NCBI GenBank assembly: GCA_019057865.1
Contig: JAHLWP010000006.1
Location: 89,955 to 153,954, forward strand
DNA from: Promethearchaeota archaeon
GTDB lineage: Archaea; Asgardarchaeota; Lokiarchaeia; Sigyniarchaeales; SOKP01
Length of the DNA: 64,000 bases
Reading direction: 5' to 3'
Shown here: in pieces, positions 59,537 to 64,000 of the stretch
How the letters are laid out: every line of letters starts with the position of its first letter
How positions within the stretch are numbered: the first letter of the stretch is position 1
The notes under the pieces: model-generated
Seen by the model: the letters and a program-made list of their open reading frames with translations, nothing else
Told to the model about the DNA's origin: nothing
Database searches by the model: none
Program-made: the position numbers and the translations under genes

Positions 59537-59696
59537 ATCTCATATAACTTTAATATTAAAAAAGGTTCAGGCTTAGAGCGTGAGGGTTAGTGAAGCGTAT
59601 GAAGGAGAATAAGGTTTGAGATGAGAGGAGAAGGAGTATGTTCAAGAGCAGAATTTTTCTTTTTCTTTTTTAGATATGTAATTTTCTTTTTTTTGG

Positions 59697-59733
59697 AAAG
59701 GTAAATTCAGCGTCTGATTTCAATGAAAATTCC
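59697..59733 (+). repeat. Direct repeat A, copy 2
   Basis: AAAGGTAAATTCAGCGTCTGATTTCAATGAAAATTCC, 1500 nt after copy 1. Confidence 0.9.
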
Positions 59734-59796
59734 TTTGAAAAAATGAGATAAAAAAAATAATTAGAATTTAGGATTTCTTTATTTTTTTAATTATTA

Positions 59797-59828
59797 CTAT
59801 TAACTGGTCTTAATGTAGTTTTTTACAT
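59797..59828 (+). repeat. Direct repeat B, copy 1
   Basis: CTATTAACTGGTCTTAATGTAGTTTTTTACAT, identical to 63877-63908. Confidence 0.9.
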
Positions 59829-60042
59829 TTTATTACATATAATCTAACGTCTCAATTAGATATTTTTCTCCGGTAGCCCCATTTTATTACCAACGCTAGT
59901 CTATTTGGTAATTGCGTTAAGATTTGCCGTTCATTAAGATATTCTGAAAAGAGTAAATTATTCGGATAATCTTCTCTAAGAATAATTTTAATACTTGGTT
60001 GAGACACTACATCATCGAACAATTCTTTTGTATTTACACTAA

Positions 60043-61668
60043 TTAATTCTTCCTATTTCTTTTAAAAATAACTGATAATATTACAGAAATCGTCCAGATC
60101 AGTAGAAATAGATTGAATCCTGGAATTCTAGGGTTTTTATCCTCTACTTTTTCTATAACAACCTCACTATAACCGATATTTCCCACAAAATCATTCGCAT
60201 AAAATACTAACGTAATGTCACCATATGAAGTAGCATTCCAAGCCGTCTGATTGATTGTTCCTGACAATTGAGAAATAGTATAGTTATTAAGACCACCATC
60301 AATAGTATACCATATTGAATCTAAATTTGGCTCAATGATTGAAATATCATAGTCAGGGGCTATATCTCTAAATCTTTTATTTTGAGAGGGAATATTAATA
60401 TGAATTATTGGGCTATAAATATCTGGACCGTATTTCACCAGAACCATATCACGTGATCCCGCCCCAAAACTCATTGTCTCTCCCACAAGATACACATTGT
60501 CTGAAGAATATGCTACCACCCCCCAGCCTGTTTCCGCATCGGTTCCACCCCAAGTGCGATTCCATTGCTGTACACCAGAATTGTCATATTTCACCACAAC
60601 CATATCATAAGATCCCGCCCCAAAATTTATTGTGTGTCCTGCAAGATACACATTATTTGATGAATCCACTGCCACCCCCCAGCTTAGATCATAATCAGTT
60701 CCACCCCATGTACGATTCCATTGCTGTACACCAGAACTATCATATTTCACCAGAAGTATATCATTATCTCCTACCCCGAAACTTCTTGTACGTCCTCCAA
60801 TATACACATTATTTGAGGAATCCACAGCTACCCCAAAGCCTTCATCAGGTTCCGGTCCGCCCCACGTACGATTCCATTGCTGCACTCCAGAACTGTCATA
60901 TTTCACTACAACCATATCACTAGAGCCCGACCCAAAACTTTGTGTACTTCCCACAAAATACACATTATCAGACGAATCCACTGCTACTCCCCAACCTACA
61001 TCCCATTCAGTCCCGCCCCATGTACGATTCCATTGCTGTACACCAGAACTATCATATTTAATCAAATGCATATGATCAGAGCCTGTCCAGTAAGCGTCAT
61101 GACCTCCTGCAAGATAAACATTGTTTGACGAATCTATTGCCACTGCTCGACCTACTTCATAAGCTGGGTCGCCCCATGTGCGGTTCCATTGCTGCACGCC
61201 AGAACTATCATATTTCACCAGTAGCATATCACTAAATCCCGCCCCGAAACTCTCTGTTTGTCCCGCAAGATATATGTTATTTGATAAATCCACTGCTATT
61301 CCCCAACCTACATCATGTTCAGCTCCTCCCCATGTGCGGTTCCATTGCTGCACACCAGAACTATCATATTTCACCAGAAGCATATCAGTAGAGCCCACCC
61401 CGTATGTGCCTCCCGTAATATATATATTATTTGATGAATCCAATGCCACTCCATATCCCGTATCAGGACGAGTCCCACCCCATGTACGATTCCACTCACT
61501 CACAACTGAATTACCGCCAGATTGTTTTTGTTGAAAATATCTTGATTCTTCAAAGGATTGCTCATTATCTTTTGATTGATAATGAAAATTCGTATTGATT
61601 AGATTAGAATAAGCAAAGATAATCCCTAAGGTAATTATAATCAACTTTATTCTTGTAATTTTTTTCAT
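60043..61668 (-). CDS. Cell-surface seven-bladed beta-propeller (SBBP-repeat) protein with C-terminal IPGF-TM-basic sorting tail
   Basis: Seven WNRTWG repeats of about 52 aa; N-terminal signal MKKITRIKLIIITLGIIF (start moved to ATG 61668 by comparison with the neighbouring gene); tail RIPGFNLFLL...KRNRKN. Confidence 0.88.
   Translation of the reverse strand: MKKITRIKLIIITLGIIFAYSNLINTNFHYQSKDNEQSFEESRYFQQKQSGGNSVVSEWNRTWGGTRPDTGYGVALDSSNNIYITGGTYGVGSTDMLLVKYDSSGVQQWNRTWGGAEHDVGWGIAVDLSNNIYLAGQTESFGAGFSDMLLVKYDSSGVQQWNRTWGDPAYEVGRAVAIDSSNNVYLAGGHDAYWTGSDHMHLIKYDSSGVQQWNRTWGGTEWDVGWGVAVDSSDNVYFVGSTQSFGSGSSDMVVVKYDSSGVQQWNRTWGGPEPDEGFGVAVDSSNNVYIGGRTRSFGVGDNDILLVKYDSSGVQQWNRTWGGTDYDLSWGVAVDSSNNVYLAGHTINFGAGSYDMVVVKYDNSGVQQWNRTWGGTDAETGWGVVAYSSDNVYLVGETMSFGAGSRDMVLVKYGPDIYSPIIHINIPSQNKRFRDIAPDYDISIIEPNLDSIWYTIDGGLNNYTISQLSGTINQTAWNATSYGDITLVFYANDFVGNIGYSEVVIEKVEDKNPRIPGFNLFLLIWTISVILSVIFKRNRKN
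60420..61500 (-). repeat. Intragenic tandem repeats, seven units, 156-bp period (one unit 150 bp)
   Basis: The Trp codon of each WNRT motif falls at 60564, 60720, 60876, 61032, 61188, 61344 and 61494. Confidence 0.9.
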
Positions 61669-61877
61669 TTTATTTTCGCCACAAAAGTATAGATTAGTAT
61701 GTAAAAAGATGATCATTTTATATTTAATATTTATGGAGAGAATCTTCAATGCCTTCTAATTGAAAGAATCTAAAGAAAAAATGACAAGCTTATTGGAAAA
61801 AATAAAAGAATTAGAGGAAAGAGGGGGAGTTGGTATAAAAATTAAGAGAAGTTCTACAAATGAATAATAACAAATTT
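61619..61877 (-). repeat. Duplicated promoter + signal-peptide module, copy 1
   Basis: About 255 bp closely similar to 63403-63654, covering the upstream region and first 17 codons. Confidence 0.85.
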
Positions 61878-62007
61878 ATGTATTAATATCACTTTAAACA
61901 ACGATCCATTTTTCTTTTCCTATTCGATTTTTAATACTCTCTATTAAATCTTAAAATGACAAATCGATGAGACTTATATTGATCTCCTCATTTTTTAGAA
62001 CTGATAT

Positions 62008-62148
62008 TTACTTTTTAGTTTCCTTTTTCTTAAACAAGAATATGCCTTGTTGACCATCTATAGTCTTTACTAGTAATTTTATTTCATCCACATGATTCCA
62101 ATCCAAGTTTGAAGTCTCTAGAATCGCTCGTGGGATGGTTACAATGCT
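62008..62148 (-). pseudogene. 5'-truncated AbrB/SpoVT-like regulator remnant
   Basis: Frame reads SIVTIPRAILETSNLDWNHVDEIKLLVKTIDGQQGIFLFKKKETKK* with no apparent start of its own; overlaps the 3' end of the NosD gene. Confidence 0.5.
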
Positions 62149-63452
62149 CTTTCTTTCTTTTTTCGCGTTGCAATAATCAAAGTTATAAGAATCGCTCCAA
62201 TTAGCAAAAACACATTATATCCAGAGATTGAGGGCTTTATGTCACAATAATTATTTTGAAGTATATTACCTTCACATTCTTGTTCAATGATGCACCTATC
62301 ATTCCCAATTAAAGTATTTCCTGAAACATTATTATGATTACTTCTACGCAAAAATATCCCAATATCATTATCTTTTAAAGTGTTTTCCAAAATGGTGTTA
62401 TTATCAGTTAAGTATAAATAAATCCCCCAAGAACTGTCTTTTACAATGTTTCCCGAAACGGTGTTATTATAATTACGTCTAAGATCCGAAGATTCACTTC
62501 TTAATATAATCCCAGATTGACTATAAGAAACATTGTTTTTTAACACAACCACATTAGTGCAACGTTCGATTTGGATTCCGTAATCTTCATTAGAGATTGC
62601 TGTATTATTAAAGATCTTACAATCTTGGTCATTATTAATATACATACCAAATCCATTATCTTGTACATGGTTAAACAAGATAGTAACATTTCGACTTGAT
62701 TGCACAGCAATCCCCTCTCCTATACTTGGGAGAACTCCATTATTGTTTGCTGTATTATTTATGATTTCAGTATCATAAATATATCTTAAATCCATTCCTC
62801 TTCCTTCGTTATTACTAACATTATTACCTAAGATTAACGTATTATAACTATTTTCTATTGAAAGCCCTCCTTTATTAGAATTTGCTGTATTTCCTATAAT
62901 TTTAGTATCATTACATTGATCATATAAAACTATTCCATAAATTGTATTGTTATTAGCAGTATTTCCAGAAATGGTATTATTATTTGACATTATTAAATAG
63001 ATACCTTGTTGATTGAATGAACAATCATTATTGATTATTCTTCCGTTAGTAACGTTTTCTAATCTAATTCCACCAGAATGCCAATATTCCCCTACACCAT
63101 TTATTAAAGTACAATTTCTAATCGTAAAATAAACTTTAGAGTTATCAATACGTATACAATTATGAGTGTCTTGCCCATCAATAGTTACATCCTCAATAAT
63201 ATAAGGATCTTTCCAAGTTCCAGAACCATTACACCAGTCATATGTGGCTGCTGTTATCGTCCAATTTTTCGTAGGATCATTATCATCTATTTCTATTGGT
63301 CCAATTTCCCAGTATCCCGCCTTTTTCAATTTAAGTTCATTGTTGCCTTTTAAATTATCGTAATTATTAAAATTAGTATTGAAAAGAGAAGAGAAGCCAA
63401 ATATAATTCCTAAGATGATTATAAGTAACTTTATTCTTGTAATTTTTTTCAT
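62139..63452 (-). CDS. Cell-surface right-handed beta-helix (NosD/CASH) protein with C-terminal ISGY-TM-basic sorting tail
   Basis: GSGTWKDPYIIED, repeated GIYL..SNNNTISGN units, signal peptide, tail SISGYNVFLL...RKKKER. Confidence 0.88.
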   Translation of the reverse strand: MKKITRIKLLIIILGIIFGFSSLFNTNFNNYDNLKGNNELKLKKAGYWEIGPIEIDDNDPTKNWTITAATYDWCNGSGTWKDPYIIEDVTIDGQDTHNCIRIDNSKVYFTIRNCTLINGVGEYWHSGGIRLENVTNGRIINNDCSFNQQGIYLIMSNNNTISGNTANNNTIYGIVLYDQCNDTKIIGNTANSNKGGLSIENSYNTLILGNNVSNNEGRGMDLRYIYDTEIINNTANNNGVLPSIGEGIAVQSSRNVTILFNHVQDNGFGMYINNDQDCKIFNNTAISNEDYGIQIERCTNVVVLKNNVSYSQSGIILRSESSDLRRNYNNTVSGNIVKDSSWGIYLYLTDNNTILENTLKDNDIGIFLRRSNHNNVSGNTLIGNDRCIIEQECEGNILQNNYCDIKPSISGYNVFLLIGAILITLIIATRKKKERAL

Positions 63453-63654
63453 TTTATTTTCGCTAAAAAGGTATAGCCCTTTATGTAAAAAGATGATCAG
63501 TTTATATTTAATATTTATGGAGAAGATCTTCCATACCTTATAATTGATAAAGAAAGAATGACAAGCTTTTTGGAAAAAATAAAAGAATCAGAGGAAAGAG
63601 GGGGAGGTGGTAAAAAAATTAAGAAAATTACTACAAATGAATAATAACAAATTT
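63403..63654 (-). repeat. Duplicated promoter + signal-peptide module, copy 2
   Basis: Similar to 61619-61877. Confidence 0.85.
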
Positions 63655-63876
63655 TTTCCTCTCATTCTTTGCAAAAATATAATTTCAATATATATAAAGA
63701 AAAAAAATTTTTAGAAAAAAATTTCATTTTTATCTATTAAGCCAAGTTCTAAAAGCTTTTTCCTGATTAATTAAATTATTAAGTGTAGTTTTTAAAATTC
63801 TTACTTAATAAAGTATCAAATGTCACCTTTAATCAATACTGCTGAGTTTTCTATATTTCTTTTAATCTTAATTGTT

Positions 63877-63908
63877 CTATTAACTGGTCTTAATGTAGTT
63901 TTTTACAT
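63877..63908 (+). repeat. Direct repeat B, copy 2
   Basis: Identical to 59797-59828, 4080 nt downstream. Confidence 0.9.
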
Positions 63909-64000
63909 CTCTCAGAAGAGGGAACAGCCTGCTAACAAACTAAAACTTCTTATAATTATCCTATTTGGAATTTCTATACCTTTATTTATCTTAGATTCGA

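Noticed and set aside
60420-61500. Regular repeats as a CRISPR array
   Set aside because: They are in-frame 156-bp coding repeats with no spacer structure, and no cas genes are present.
611-63353. Short ORFs antisense to or nested in long genes (for example 4546-4830, 6177-6518, 32143-32643, 60408-60923)
   Set aside because: Shadow frames of well-supported genes with no motifs.
61781-63644. 28-codon plus-strand ORF in both leader copies (61781-61867 and 63558-63644)
   Set aside because: All seven codon differences are non-synonymous, which argues against selection on a peptide.

Overview
AT-rich archaeal chromosome segment, most likely from an Asgard archaeon of the Lokiarchaeia. This is inferred from PolD DP1/DP2, Cdc6, an unsplit Rpo2, TFE, PAN, a longin protein, a Roadblock-Rab GTPase fusion, an OST5-like protein and IPGF/ISGY-type C-terminal sorting tails. 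About 1-52.7 kb is mostly core information-processing genes with three tRNAs, two of them intron-containing. About 52.7-64 kb is an accessory region: a membrane HerA/VirB4-like ATPase, a splicing-dead intein-nuclease protein, direct-repeat-bounded cassettes and surface proteins. The main observation is that the elf1 transcription-elongation-factor gene, which the ORF track truncates, is split inside its zinc-finger CPEC motif by a 31-nt insertion (11482-11512). The insertion folds into a bulge-helix-bulge motif, making it a candidate tRNA-type intron in a protein-coding mRNA, and RtcB and archease are encoded about 9 kb away. Other candidates: an eight-gene operon with a degenerate SMC-like protein, a KITE-like protein and an AAA+ ATPase; an unannotated 50-aa WH2-like microprotein; a polyproline/coiled-coil gene pair; probable ATT start codons; and a Derlin-like rhomboid pseudoprotease. 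All family calls come from reading motifs by eye; no searches were run.
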